Source: Phoenicibacter sp. (GTDB lineage: Bacteria > Actinomycetota > Coriobacteriia > Coriobacteriales > Eggerthellaceae). From it: DNA of 64,000 bases. Below, piece after piece: positions 35,165 through 47,823 of this stretch (the stretch's first letter is position 1; every line of letters starts with the position of its first letter). A model generated the notes under the pieces. That model did no database searches and was not told the origin of the DNA. It saw only the letters and a program-made list of their open reading frames with translations. The position numbers were made by a program, and so were the translations under genes. Location of the stretch: contig JAZUHG010000017.1 in the NCBI GenBank assembly GCA_045641605.1, positions 13,711-77,710 on the forward strand, written 5' to 3'.

Positions 35165-36706
35165 TTGTCAGATAATATTTTAGAGATGAAAAATATTGTT
35201 AAGCTTTACGGCGGAGTTAAAGCTCTAAGCAATGTTAATCTTGAAATTAAACGAGGCGAGATTCACGCTCTCGTTGGCGAAAACGGAGCTGGTAAATCTA
35301 CCTTAATGAATGTTTTATCTGGTGTTATTCCTTATGGACAATATTCAGGAGACATTAAATATAATGGCAAGATTTGTAAGTTTAGCAATATTCATGACAG
35401 CGAGGATTTAGGAATTGTAATTGTTCATCAAGAACTTGCATTAATTCCAGAGCTTTCGGTTGCCGAAAACATGTTTATCGGTAATGAAAGAAAAAATAAA
35501 GCTGGCAAGATAAGTTGAGATAAGACCTTTAATGATGCCAAGGAGAGCATGAAAAGGATTGGGCTAGACGAAGATCCAAAATCATTAATCAAAGATATTG
35601 GTGTTGGAAAGCAGCAACTTGTTGAAATAGCGAAAGCCCTTTCAAAAGATGTAAAACTTTTGATTTTGGATGAGCCTACTTCGTCGCTTAATGAACAAGA
35701 TTCGATGATGCTGCTTGATATTATGAAAGATCTTAAAAAGGACGGCATTACTTCTATCATTATTACTCATAAGCTTCCTGAGGTGTCATATGTTGCTGAT
35801 AGAATCACGGTTTTGCGTGATGGAAGCACTATAGAGACAATGTCTAACCCTAAGCATAATATTAGCAAAGACAAGATTATTCCTAAGATGGTTGGTAGAA
35901 AACTTGTTGATTTATACCCGAAGCGAAAGTTTAAACCAACTAAAGAGGTAATTTTCGAATGCAAGAACTGATGTGCCAATCACCCTGTTTATACAGATAA
36001 AGAAATGGTTAAGGACGCTGCTTTTAATATTCGCAAAAAAGAGATTGTTGGTTTTTACGGTTTGCAAGGTGCAGGTTGTACTGAGCTTGCGATGTCGCTT
36101 TTTGGAAATAGCTATGGTTCTAATGTTCACGGCGAAGAAGTTATCGATGGGGCTAAAGTTAATCTTAAAAATGAAAAAAGCGCTATTGAAGCAGGACTTG
36201 CTTATGTTACAGAAGATCGAAAGACCAATGGCTTATTATTGGATGATTCGATTAGTATCAACACAAGTTTAGCTGCCCTTAATAAACTAAGCAAAAAATT
36301 TGGTGTTATAGATAAGCAGGAAGAGCAAAAAGTTGCTAGAGATTATGTTAAGGCCATGAGGACGAAAGCATCCAGTATTAATCAACCAGTTGGTTCTTTG
36401 TCTGGTGGTAATCAGCAAAAAGTTTTGCTATCGAAATGAATGTTTACCGAGCCTAAGGTTTTGTTTTTAGATGAACCTACACGTGGAATTGATGTAGGTG
36501 CTAAATATGAAATTTATCAAATCATGAATGATATGGTTGAAGAAGGCAAGGGGATTGCGATGTTTTCTTCGGAGTTACCAGAGCTAATAGGCATGTGTGA
36601 CAGAATTTATGTTATGCATGAGGGAAAAATTGTTGGCGAGTTTAAAGCCAGTGAAGTAACCCAAGAAAAGGTTATGAAGGCTATCTATAAATCAGAAGAG
36701 AGGTAG
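35165..36706 (+). CDS. Sugar ABC transporter ATP-binding protein (two-cassette, XylG/GguA/MglA type)
   Basis: Four track ORFs in one frame, joined by 3 TGA. Walker A 'GENGAGKST', '[10 protein letters not shown]', second cassette '[36 protein letters not shown]'. TTG start 7 nt after GGGAGG. Confidence 0.9.
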
Positions 36707-36711
36707 GAATT

Positions 36712-37884
36712 ATGGGAAAATCGAAAAAGAAAGCCATTAAGTTTAACAAACAATTTACTATGCCACTTATGTTGGTAATTGTTTTTGTTGGCGCTTCTAT
36801 TCTTACATCTGGAAGTTTAGTAAGGCCGCAAAACATTTCTAACTTGGTATTGCAAAATGCGTATGTAATTGTAATGGCGTGTGGAATGTTATTGTGTATT
36901 CTTACTGGTGGTAACGTTGATCTGTCTGTTGGATCTACACTATGTTTGTCAGCTGCCTGCGTGTCTCAATTGCTGTTAGGCGGCGTGTCTGTTCCCGTTG
37001 CTATTTTAATATCGATTGGTGTTGGCATAGCAATTGGAGCAATCCAGGGATATTTAGTTGGTTTTACAAGAGTTCCGCCATTTATTTGTACTTTGGCGGG
37101 AATGTTTGTCATTAGAGGTGTTGCTCGCGTCGTATTAGATTCTAAAACAGTAAATATTACAAACGAGGATTTCTTTAATGTATTTGGTTCATATATTCAA
37201 ATACCCGGATTAGACCATGATGGTTTCTATCTTTCTGCTTTGTTGTTTGGCATTATTCTTGCTGCTGCAATTTGCTTGTTTATGATTGCCTCAAGAATAA
37301 GTAAGAAGAAAAGAGGAAGCGATGCTGGTGGATTAACTTCGTTTATAATTAAAATTGTTATTACATTAGTTCTCATCATTTCTTACAGCCATATGCTTGC
37401 TCAATATAAGGGTATTCCGGTAATGCTTCTTTGGATTTTGGGTGTGGTTGTATTGTTTATGTTTGTTTGTTCTCAAACAGTATTTGGACGTCATTTTTAT
37501 GCTGTTGGAGGAAATGCATTGGCTGCTAAGCTTAGCGGTATTGATTCGCGAAAAGTTCTATTTTGGGCTTACTTAATTATGAGCACATTAGCTGCTTTCA
37601 GTGGCCTGTTGGTTGCAACAAGAATTGGTTCTGTTGACGGAAACATGGGTAATGCTTACGAAATGGATGCTATTGCTGCATGTTTTATTGGTGGAGCAAG
37701 TGCCTATGGTGGTTCGGGAACTATTCAAGGTGTAGTTGTTGGAGCTTTGTTCTTAGGCGTTATTAACCAAGCAATGAGTATTTTAGGTTTGCCTGACCAA
37801 TGGCAATATGTTGTTAAAGGTGCGGTCCTTTTGGCTGCAGTTATATTTGATGTTGTTTCAAGTAAAAAAGCCGCAAAGGCATAG
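36712..37884 (+). CDS. Sugar ABC transporter permease (XylH/GguB type)
   Basis: 390-aa polytopic protein of the branched-chain/monosaccharide permease family ('FGRHFYAVGGNALAAKLSGI', 'IAACFIGGAS'). Confidence 0.85.
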   Translation: MGKSKKKAIKFNKQFTMPLMLVIVFVGASILTSGSLVRPQNISNLVLQNAYVIVMACGMLLCILTGGNVDLSVGSTLCLSAACVSQLLLGGVSVPVAILISIGVGIAIGAIQGYLVGFTRVPPFICTLAGMFVIRGVARVVLDSKTVNITNEDFFNVFGSYIQIPGLDHDGFYLSALLFGIILAAAICLFMIASRISKKKRGSDAGGLTSFIIKIVITLVLIISYSHMLAQYKGIPVMLLWILGVVVLFMFVCSQTVFGRHFYAVGGNALAAKLSGIDSRKVLFWAYLIMSTLAAFSGLLVATRIGSVDGNMGNAYEMDAIAACFIGGASAYGGSGTIQGVVVGALFLGVINQAMSILGLPDQWQYVVKGAVLLAAVIFDVVSSKKAAKA

Positions 37885-37899
37885 GAGAAAGGAAAAATT

Positions 37900-39216
37900 A
37901 TGGCTTATTTTGATATTGAAAAAGTAAATTACGAAGGCAAGGACTCAAAAAATCCTTTTGCATTTAAGTATTACAATCCAGACGAAGTAATTGCTGGAAA
38001 ACCAATGCGCGAACATCTTAAGTTTGCACTTTCATGGTGACATACTATGGACGCAGATGGCACTGATATGTTTGGCGTTGGTACAATGGATAAAAGCTGG
38101 GGAGGAAAGGATGCATGAAGCACTTCTGTTGCTAGAGTTGAAGCAGCTTTCGAGTTTATGCAAAAACTCTCCATTGATTATTTCTGTTTCCATGATAGAG
38201 ATATTGCTCCAGAGGGTTCTTCGCTAGCTGAATCCAATAAGATGCTAGATCAAATTGCCGATGTTATTGAGGAAAAGCAAAAAGAAACTGGTCTTAAGTG
38301 TTTATGGGGTACAGCAAATTGTTTTTCTAATCCAAGATATATGCATGGTGCTGGTACTTCGCCAGTTGCAGATGTATTTGCTTTTGCCGCAGCTCAAATT
38401 AAGAAGGCTATTGAACTAACTGTTCGTTTTGGTGGTAATGGCTATGTATTTTGGGGTGGCCGCGAAGGCTATGAAACTCTTTTGAATACAAACTTAGGTC
38501 TCGAGCAAGATAACATGGCTCGTCTTATGCATATGGCTGTTGATTATGCTCGTTCAATTGGTTTTAAGGGTGATTTTTATATTGAGCCAAAGCCTAAAGA
38601 GCCAACTAAGCATCAATATGATTTTGATACAGCAACAGTTATTGGATTTTTGAAGAAATATGATCTAGAAAAAGACTTTAAAATGAATATTGAAGCTAAC
38701 CATGCTACATTGGCTCAGCATACATTCCAACATGAACTTCGTGTTGCACGTGAGAACGGTGTCTTCGGTTCTATTGATGCCAACCAGGGCGACACCTTGC
38801 TTGGCTGGGATACGGATCAATTCCCAACTAATATTTATGATACTGCTTTATGTATGTATGAGGTCCTAAAGGCTGGTGGATTTACAAACGGAGGCCTTAA
38901 CTTCGATAGTAAATCTCGTCGTGGTTCATTTACTCGCGAAGACATTCTTCATAGCTACATTGCTGGTATGGATACATTTGCTCTTGGACTTCGTGTAGCG
39001 CTTGCTCTAATTGAAGATGGTCGCGTTGATAAGTTTGTTGATGAGCGTTATGCTTCATGGACAAAGGGCATTGGTAAGAGCATTATTGATGGCAAAGAAG
39101 ATATGAAATCTTTGGAGAAGTATGCTCTTGAAAAAGGCGATGTTGTTGATACTCTAAGTAGTGGCCGTCAAGAGATGCTTGAGTCAATTTTAAATAACGT
39201 TATTTTTAATCTTTAA
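37900..39216 (+). CDS. xylA: Xylose isomerase
   Basis: 'KFALSW(TGA)HTM' equals the conserved WHT motif (TGA 38038-38040). '[12 protein letters not shown]', '[18 protein letters not shown]', '[18 protein letters not shown]'. 438 aa. Confidence 0.95.
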
Positions 39217-39225
39217 GGAGGAGAC

Positions 39226-40725
39226 ATGCCATATGTAATTGGCGTTGATTGCGGTACAAGTGGTACAAAAACTGTTTTGTTCGATGAAAAATGTAATGTT
39301 ATTTCTTCGAAGACAATTGAGTACCAGATGATTCAGCCTCAAAATGGTTATGCCGAGCAAGATCCTGCTGATTGACGAAATGCCATGCTTGAAACCATTA
39401 AAGCTGTTGTTACTGACAGTGGTGTTAATAAAGATGAGATTGTTGGTATTGGTATTTCTGGACAGATGCATGGTCTTGTAATTTTGGATGAGAATTGCGA
39501 TGTTATTCGTAATTCCATCATTTGGTGTGACCAGCGTACTGGTGAGCAAGTAAAATGGATGAATGAAAATGTTGGAAATGACAAGCTTGTAGAAATTACA
39601 GCAAACCCTGCTCTTACAGGCTGAACTGCTGCAAAAATTTTGTGGGTCAAAGATAACGAACCTCAAAATTACGAAAAGATAAAACATATTTTACTTCCAA
39701 AAGATTATTTGCGTTTCGTTTTAACAGGCGAATTTGCTACCGAAGTCTCAGATGCATCTGGTATGCAAATTTTGGATGTACCGAAGCGCGACTGGTCTTC
39801 GGAATTGCTTAGTGCTTTTGAAATTGATAGAACTTGGCTTGGAAAAGTTTATGAATCTTGTGAAGTAACAGGAAAACTTACAAAAGCTATGGCTGATGAG
39901 CTAGGTCTTAATGAAGGAACCATTGTAGTTGGTGGTGCTGGAGACAATGCAGCAGCTGCTGTAGGTACTGGCGTCGTTGAAGATGGTAAGGCATTCACTA
40001 CAATTGGAACTTCTGGTGTTGTTTTTGCTCACACTTCTAATATTTCAATTGATAAAAAGGGAAGAGTGCACACTTGCTGCGCTGCTGTTCCTAATTGCTG
40101 GCACGTAATGGGTGTAACTCAGGCTGCTGGACTTTCATTGCAATGGTTTAGAAACAACTTTTGCCAAGACATTATGGCCGAAGCTGAAAAGAAGGGTGTT
40201 GACCCTTACGATATTCTGAATGAAAAGGCTGCCGAAATTCCAATTGGAGCTGACAACCTAATTTATCTTCCATACTTGATGGGCGAGAGAACGCCTCATC
40301 TTGATCCTGATTGTCGAGGCGCTTTTATTGGTCTTTCGGCAATTCATGGAAGATGAAATTTGCTTCGTGCTGTTATGGAAGGTGTTACTTATTCACTTCG
40401 TGATTGTGTTGAAGTATTTCGCGAGATGGGTATTAGCGTTTCAGATATGATGGCTTGCGGAGGCGGTGGAAAATCTAAGCTATGGCGCAGCATGCTGGCA
40501 GATACTTACAACTGCGAAGTAAAAACAGTTGAGAGTGAAGAAGGCCCTGCACTTGGAGTTGCTATTCTAGCTCTTGTTGGGGCTGGAGTTTATTCTTCGG
40601 TACCTGAAGCTTGCAACGAAGTTGTTCGTCTTGGTTCTACCCAAAAGCCGACAGAAGAAAACATCGTAAAGTATGAAGATGTTTATAAGAAATATATTGG
40701 TTTATATCCTAAATTGTACAAATAG
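39226..40725 (+). CDS. xylB: Xylulokinase
   Basis: 'IGVDCGTSGTKTVLFD', 'GISGQMHGLV', 'TG W TAAKILWVKDNEP', 'GGAGDNAAAAVGTG', 'ACGGGGKSKLW'. Three TGA join four track ORFs. AAGGAGG SD. Confidence 0.9.
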
Positions 40726-40740
40726 TTCGAAAGGAGAATA

Positions 40741-42150
40741 ATGGCTACAAAAGAAGAAAAAGGATTTTATAAGTTAAGTTGACTTGCAAGAATTGGTTTT
40801 GGTTCTGGTGATTTAGCTCAAAACCTAATTTATCAAACAATTAGTATTTGGTTGTTGTTTTTTTATACAAACATTTTTGGTCTTGATCCTGCTGCAGCGG
40901 CAACAATGTTTTTGGTTGTTCGTATTGTAGATGTAATTTGAGATCCAATTGTTGGTACATTTGTCGATAAGCACAATCCAAAACTTGGTAAGTATCGTGC
41001 TTACTTAATTTTAGGTGGTATTCCTTTAACAGGTTTTGCAATTTTGTGTTTCTGGAATGGCTTTAGTGGTTCGCTTCTATATGCTTATTTTACATATGTT
41101 GCAATGAGCATGTGCTACACACTAGTAAACGTTCCTTATGGTGCTCTAAATTCTTCGCTTACTCGCGATACGAATGAGATCACAATTCTTACAAGCACAA
41201 GAATGTTTATGGCTAATTTAGGTGGTCTTGCTGTAAGCAGTGGTATTCCAATTTTAATAGCTCTATATGCACCAAAAGATGAAACTGGCGCTGCTATTAT
41301 CAACACTACCGAAGCTGCTGGTGCTTGGTTTATTACTATGACCATTTATGCTTTGGTTGGTCTTGCATTGCTCTTCTTCTGTTTTTCCCAAACAAAAGAG
41401 CGTGTTGTTATGGCTCAAAGCGAAGCTGCCAATGTAAAGGTTAGTGATTTGTGGATGGAATTTGTTCGTAACCGTCCATTGCGTGTTTTGGCTTTCTTTT
41501 TCATCACTGCTTTTGCAATGATGAGTATTGGAAATGCTGCTGGTTCATATTACATGACATATAACATGAGTGCCACACCAGAAGAAATTTCAATCTTTAT
41601 GGGTCTTGGTACAATTCCTTCGTTTATTTTCTTGCCACTTGTTCCTTTCATTAAAAGCAAAATTGGCAAAAAACCAATGTTTTATGTTTTCTTGATTGTA
41701 GCTATTGTTGGTCTTGCAATGCTTTATGCTGCAAGCACTGTTGATGCGCTACACAGTCAGATGTGGTTTGTCTATGTTGCTCAGTTTGTCCGAAGTGCCG
41801 GTGTTTCTGTTGCTACTGGTTATATGTGGGCATTGGTCCCCGAAGTAGTTGCATATGGCGAATATAAAACAGGACGTAGGATTGCTGGTATTGTTAATGC
41901 TTTAACTGGTATTTTCTTTAAAGCTGGCATGGCTTTAGGTGGTGCAGTTCCTGGCTTCGTTCTTGCTTATGTTGGATTTAATGCTGATCTAGCAACACAA
42001 ACTCCAATGGCTGAGCAAGGCATTTTATGATTAATTTCTGTTATTCCAGCTGTTTTATTGGTTCTTGCAATATTTATCATTTCTCGTTATGAGCTTACAG
42101 ATGAGAAAATGGATGAGATTAACAAAAAGATTGAAGAAAAAAATAAATAG
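40741..42150 (+). CDS. Glycoside-pentoside-hexuronide (GPH) family cation symporter, probable xyloside transporter
   Basis: 'GFGSGDLAQNLIYQTISIWLLFFYTNIFGL', 'RIVDVI W DPIVGTFVDK...GKYRAYLILG'. 3 TGA. TAG at 42148-42150. Confidence 0.8.
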
Positions 42151-42159
42151 GAGATTCTA

Positions 42160-43146
42160 ATGGCTAAAGATGTAGAAAAAAGATATTTGTTTCCTGACGA
42201 TTATATGGCTGACCCAAGCGTTCATGTTTGGGATGGCAAATTATATATTTATCCTTCACACGATTGGGATAGTCCAGCCGAGGAAGATGACTTCGGTAGT
42301 CACTTCGACATGAAGGACTATCATGTTTTGTCTTTAGAAGGCGACGACCCAATGACTTCTCCTGTTAAAGATCATGGTGTCGCACTAGACATAAAAGATG
42401 TTCCATGGGCTCGACGTCAGATGTGAGATTGCGAAGTTGCGCGTGGCAAAGATGGTAAGTATTATATGTATTTCCCAGTAAAGGACAAGACTGATATTTT
42501 TCGATGTGGGGTTGCTGTAAGTGACACTCCAACTGGCCCTTTTAAGGCTATGCCAGACCCAATTCGTGGTAGCTATTCAATTGATATGGCTATTTTGGAA
42601 GAAAATGGTTCTCATTACATGTATTTTGGGGGAATTTGGGGTGGCCAACTTCAGCGTTATAGAAATAATTGCGCGTTGGATACTGGTACAACTTATCCTG
42701 CCGATGATGAGCCTGCAATTTGTCCTAAGGTTGTTAAGCTAAGCGATGATATGCTTCAATTTGCTGAAGATCCAAAAGATCTTCAAATCTTAGATGAGAA
42801 TGGCGAGCCTTTAAAAACAGGGGACACTCAGCGTAGATTTTTTGAAGCAAGCTGGATTCATAAATACAATGATAAGTATTATTTTACCTATTCAACAGGG
42901 GATACACATAATATTTGTTATGCAATAGGAGATAATCCTTATGGTCCATTTACATATGGTGGTGTTGTACTTTCCGAAGTTGAGGGTTGGACAACTCATC
43001 ATAGTATTGTTGAATTTAATGGTAAGTGGTATTTATTCCATCATGATTGTGTTCCATCTAATGGTGATACACGTCTTCGTTCATTAAAGGTTTGCGAATT
43101 GACCTATGATGAAAATGGTGGGATAGAGACTATTAATGGCAAATAA
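42160..43146 (+). CDS. Glycoside hydrolase family 43 (beta-xylosidase/alpha-L-arabinofuranosidase)
   Basis: 'ADPSVHVWDGKLYIYPSHD', 'Q M W DCEVARGKDGKYYMYF' (TGA 42424-42426), 'EASWIHKYNDKYYFTYS'. Located in the xylose cluster. Confidence 0.8.
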
Positions 43147-43195
43147 TTAAGGTATTGCATGTAAGCCTTGTGCTATTATACGGGCTTACGATTGT

Positions 43196-43286
43196 GGAGA
43201 GCTGACCGAGAGGCCGATGGTGCTCGCCTGCTAAGCGAGTGTACCCCACAAGGGTATCCGGGGTTCGAATCCCCGGCTCTCCGCCA
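43196..43286 (+). tRNA. tRNA-Ser (anticodon GCT), CCA encoded
   Basis: Acceptor ggagagc/gctctcc, anticodon loop ct-GCT-aa, long variable arm, T-arm ccggg-gttcgaat-ccccgg, discriminator g, then cca. Confidence 0.9.
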
Positions 43287-43320
43287 GGAAAGACAGCATG
43301 TCGAGGAGGATGTCCTGTAA

Positions 43321-44016
43321 ATGAGTTTACCAGCTTTCAATTTCGAATATATAATTTATATCATATGTAGTGTCTTATGTTTTATTCCTGCGCTTGTTTT
43401 GCACGAAGTAGCTCATGGTTTTGCGGCTTATAAGTTGGGGGACCCCACTGCAAAGGCAGCCGGCAGGCTATCGCTAAACCCACTTAAACATTTGGATTGG
43501 TTTGGTACTGTAATTTTGCCATTATTCTTAATGTTTTTCAGGTTGCCTGTTATTGGCTATGCAAAACCTGTTCCATACAACCCTTCGTATTTTAAGGATC
43601 CGCGTAAGGGCGACTTTATTGTAGGAATTTGCGGACCTATGGCTAATTTAGTTATGGCCGGAATCGGCGCTGGAATTAGTTGATTATGTGTTACTTTTGT
43701 TCCACAGGCTGTTTTTAATTCTTATGCTTTTGCAATGTTTTATGTATATTTCTTAAATCAATTTGTAATGATTAATTTATGCTTAATGTTCTTTAATTTG
43801 TTACCAATTCCACCTTTAGATGGTTCGAGCATCATTGCAATTTTAATTCCAATTAGATGATTGCCTAAGTATTACATGATTGAGCGTTATGCAATGCCAA
43901 TATTTTTGATATTAATTATGGTTGTTCCTTATGTTTTGCATTTCAATCCAATTTCTTTGTATTTGAATGTAACAGCAGGCAACCTCTTAAATTTGATTAT
44001 GCCATCGGTGTTTTAA
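43321..44016 (+). CDS. Site-2 protease family (M50) membrane metalloprotease
   Basis: 'LHEVAHGFAAYKLGDPTA' HExxH motif and 'FNLLPIPPLDGS'. 2 TGA. TAA at 44014-44016. Confidence 0.7.
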
Positions 44017-44799
44017 TTGGCGTATAAGGTTAAAATAGAAAACTTCGAAGGTCCTTTTGATCTTCTACTTCAGCTTGTTAGCGATAAAAAGTTGGACATT
44101 GGTTCAATTTCTATTACAAGTATTATCGATCAATATTTAGAGCAAGTTGCTCATCTTCAACAAGTAGATTTGGATGTTGCAAGTGACTTCATGTTGGTTG
44201 CCGCGTCTCTTTTGAAGATTAAGACTGACATGTTGCTAAAGCTTGAACCCGACGAGTTGGACGAAGAATTCGAGGAGATGACGCCTTCGGAGGCCAGGGA
44301 CACATTGGTTGCAAGGCTTCTTGCGTATAAGCAATTTAAGGATGCTTCGGATGCTTTGCAAAAACTTGAAGACGAGCAAGGGAAGTTGTACCCTCGTTTG
44401 GCAGGTTGGGACCCTCAATATTTGAATCTTATGCCAAATTATCTTGAGAATGTTGAGCTTCCTCAAATTGCTCAATTAGCTGCAGCTTTGTTTGCAAGAC
44501 GCGATGAATTTTTGCTTGATGCTGCGCATATTGCCGCAAAGCCAATTCCAGTTGTCACATACGTAAAGACAATTTATACGCGCATTGTTAATAAGAAACA
44601 AATGAAGTTTTCGGACTTGATTGATGCTTCGGCAACACCGCAAATTATTGTTGTTAATTTTTTGGCAATGCTTGAACTTTACAAACACAATTATGTAGAC
44701 ATTAAACAAGTTGACCATAAGCAAGATATCGAGATTAAATACATCGAAGACTCAGGTCCTCTTGATTTAGAAAACATCGAGACCGATGAAATGGACTAA
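44017..44799 (+). CDS. scpA: Segregation and condensation protein A
   Basis: 'KIENFEGPFDLLLQLV' is a typical ScpA N-terminus. TTG start directly after the preceding stop. Followed by scpB. Confidence 0.85.
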   Translation: MAYKVKIENFEGPFDLLLQLVSDKKLDIGSISITSIIDQYLEQVAHLQQVDLDVASDFMLVAASLLKIKTDMLLKLEPDELDEEFEEMTPSEARDTLVARLLAYKQFKDASDALQKLEDEQGKLYPRLAGWDPQYLNLMPNYLENVELPQIAQLAAALFARRDEFLLDAAHIAAKPIPVVTYVKTIYTRIVNKKQMKFSDLIDASATPQIIVVNFLAMLELYKHNYVDIKQVDHKQDIEIKYIEDSGPLDLENIETDEMD

Positions 44800-44814
44800 T
44801 TGGTAGGTGAGAAA

Positions 44815-45558
44815 ATGGCAGAGCTAGATAATTTAGAAAATGCGATAGAAGCTGTATTGTTTGTTTGTACAGACCCTGTAACTGTTAAGCATTTATCTGA
44901 GATTTTTGAAAAAGACGAAAAAGAAATCGAAGATGCACTAGCTAAACTTCAAGAACGATATGAGCAAGAAGATAGGGGAATTACAATTAAGCAAATTGCT
45001 GGCGGATGAAGACTATTTTCAAATCCTAAATACCATGAGGTTATTGAAAAGTACGTTTTATCTTTAGATCCAAGAAAACTTTCTGCGGCTGCTTTGGAAA
45101 CTTTGTCCATTATTGCTTACAGTCAGCCTGTCACACGTGCTGGTGTTTCTGCTGTTAGAGGTGTTAATAGCGATAGTTCTATCAACTCTTTGATGGAAAA
45201 AGGTCTAGTTAAAGAAGCCGGCGTTGCAGACACGGCTGGAAGTCCTATCCTTTATGCGACAACCAATAAGTTTCTTGAGAATTTCGGCCTAAATTCAATC
45301 GAGGATTTGCCTAATATCGAAGACTTCGCTCCTGACGAAGAGACTAAGAAGTTCATCTTCGATAGATTGAGTGCTACAAGAACAGATCAACTTGATCAAA
45401 TGGAAGCATTTGATAACGAAGTTGGCGAGGCAGAATCTGATGTCGAGAAACCTGAAGTCGATTCGAAGGAAATGTTCGAAAGCGCATTGGCAGGTGCCTT
45501 CGGAATTACAGAAAAAGTCAACTTGGACGACGTTCAACTAAACACCGATGATGAATAA
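44815..45558 (+). CDS. scpB: Segregation and condensation protein B
   Basis: 'IEAVLFV...PVTVKHL', 'IAGG W RLFSNPKY' (TGA 45007-45009), 'LETLSIIAYSQPVTRAGVSAVRGV'. Acidic tail. Confidence 0.85.
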
Positions 45559-46378
45559 CGAAGATTTGAGGCTTCAAAAATATCTTGCTAGGTGCGGCAT
45601 TGCATCTAGACGCACTTGTGAGGAATATATATCTGAAGGTCGAATTACCGTAAACGATAAAGTGGTTACCAAACAAGGCACTAAGGTAAACCCGCAAATT
45701 GATGTTGTGAAATTTGATGGCGAAGTTATTTTGCCAAGCTCCGAAGACATCACAATTATGCTAAACAAGCCTGCTGGTTATGTTTCTACAATGAATGATC
45801 CTCAAGGAAGGCCTTGCGTGGCTGACATTATTCCAGTGCAAGAATATCCTTCAATCTTCCCTGTTGGAAGGCTTGATAGACTAACTTGCGGAATGTTAAT
45901 TTTTACTACCGATGGCGATTTAGGCCAAACTTTGCTTCATCCCAGCCATGAAGTTACAAAGAAATATGAAGTTGTAATTGATGGCAAGCTTGAAGAGAAT
46001 AGTTCACAGTTCAAAAAGCTTACTAGTGGTGTTGAGATCAAAAGTGGTATGACTTCGCCTTCGGAGATTGAAATAAAAGATTACTTTGGTTTTGATAAAT
46101 ATATGGAACTTGAAAATGAGTTCTTTACAAATTGCGCTAAAGATGACGACAGTAAAGCTTTGCCGGGGGACAAGGAGCTTCTTGACAAGACATTCACGCT
46201 TCTTACTATTGAGATTCACGAAGGTAAGAACCGCCAGGTAAGAAGAATGTTTGAAGCCGTTGGATTTGAGGTGCTTTTGCTCAAAAGGCTTAGTATTGGG
46301 AATTTGAAATTAGGAAGCCTAGAATGTGGAAAATGGGCTAAACTAAACGATAAAGAAATTGAAATGATGAAGAATTAG
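45548..46378 (+). CDS. rluB: Pseudouridine synthase (RluB/RsuA family)
   Basis: S4 domain 'RLQKYLARCGIASRR', catalytic 'VGRLDRLTCGMLIFTTDG', 'IHEGKNRQVRRMF'. Confidence 0.85.
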   Translation: MMNNEDLRLQKYLARCGIASRRTCEEYISEGRITVNDKVVTKQGTKVNPQIDVVKFDGEVILPSSEDITIMLNKPAGYVSTMNDPQGRPCVADIIPVQEYPSIFPVGRLDRLTCGMLIFTTDGDLGQTLLHPSHEVTKKYEVVIDGKLEENSSQFKKLTSGVEIKSGMTSPSEIEIKDYFGFDKYMELENEFFTNCAKDDDSKALPGDKELLDKTFTLLTIEIHEGKNRQVRRMFEAVGFEVLLLKRLSIGNLKLGSLECGKWAKLNDKEIEMMKN

Positions 46379-46386
46379 GGGAGTTT

Positions 46387-47823
46387 ATGTCAAGCGATTA
46401 CGAAATTTTTAATCCAATTAATATGCCACTTCGTGGTTCGCTTACTATGCCTGGCGATAAATCTATTGCAAGCAGGGCAATTTATCTTGCTGCGATGGCC
46501 GAAGGCACATCTCATATTTTCGATTTACCTAGGTCTAAAGATGTCATGTCTGTTGTGTCGGTTGTAAAAGACTTAGGTGCGAAGGTTAAAATTTTAGAAT
46601 CCAACCACAGAAATGCTGTAAATTTTGATATAGAAATTACTGGTTGAGGTCAAGCTGGACCAAAACCTCTTAAGAGTTCAATTTATTGTGGCAATTCTGC
46701 AACTTGCGCAAGAATTGGCATGGGTGTATTGGCACCATTCGATGGTGCGATGATTGTTGATGGCGATGAGTCATTGCATAGACGTCCATTTATGAGGATT
46801 GTTGACCCGTTAATGCAAATGGGCGCAAATTTTAAGGTTGTTGCTCAAAAAAATGGTAAGCCACAACGCTCAAGTTTGCCAATGGAGATTATAGGCAACT
46901 CCGAAGCTAACCCAATATATTATGAAATGCCAGTTGCATCTTCCCAGGTAAAGTCTTCAATTTTGTTTGCAGGCGCAAATATAAAAGGCGAGACAACTGT
47001 TGTTGAGCCATTTCAATCAAGGAATCATGATGAAATTTTGCTTAAAGCCTTTGGTGCAAATGTAAAAGTTAATAAAGACATTTTTAGCGTTTCTATCAAA
47101 GGTCCTACAAAGTTAAAAGCATGTGATTTTTGAGTCCCTGGCGATGTGTCTTCGGCAGCTTACTATTTGACTGCTGCTGCGATGGTTCCTGGAAGCAAAA
47201 TTACAATCGAGAATGTTGGCATCAACCCTACAAGACTTGGTTTTATTGATGCTTTGCGCGAGATGGGCTCCAGAATCACAATTGATGAAATTTCTGAAGA
47301 AGAGCTAGCAAAGAAAAATATGAGCTACGCTGGTGAGCCTATTGGAAATATCACTGTTCAATATGCTGGGCGACTAAATAATATTGTTGTTAGCCCAGAT
47401 AAAATTCCTTCGATGATTGATGAGATTCCAATTTTGGCCATGGCTGCCGCATGCGCCGAAGGCGAGAGTGTCTTCTATGGTGTGAAGGAACTCAAGCTTA
47501 AAGAAAGCAACAGAATTCATGCTATTTCTGAAGGTCTTCGTCAACTTGGCACAAGGGCAACTGATAAAGCCGATACTTTATATGTCGAAGGTGGCATTGA
47601 TATTGAGGCAAAAACTAGCCACAAGCCTGTTGATATGGATAAGGATGGTTGTGTTTTGCTTAAGCATCACTATGATCACCGTCTAGCAATTTGTTGGGCG
47701 TTAATGGGACTTTGCTCTTATGTTCCTGTTAAGATGCGCCATTTTGAAGTTTCGCATGTTAGTTACCCCCAATTTATGGATGACTTTAATGCGCTAGTTT
47801 TGGAAAGCAAGAAGGAGAAATAA
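46387..47823 (+). CDS. aroA: 3-phosphoshikimate 1-carboxyvinyltransferase
   Basis: 'PGDKSIASRA', 'CGNSATCARIGMGVL', 'W VPGDVSSAAYYL', 'LKLKESNRI'. 2 TGA (46645-46647, 47131-47133) join three track ORFs. Confidence 0.9.

Noticed and set aside
43147-43195. Hairpin gtaagcc...ggcttac after the GH43 gene as an intrinsic terminator
   Set aside because: The stem is only 7 bp with a loop of about 15 nt, and no U-tract follows. The evidence is too weak.
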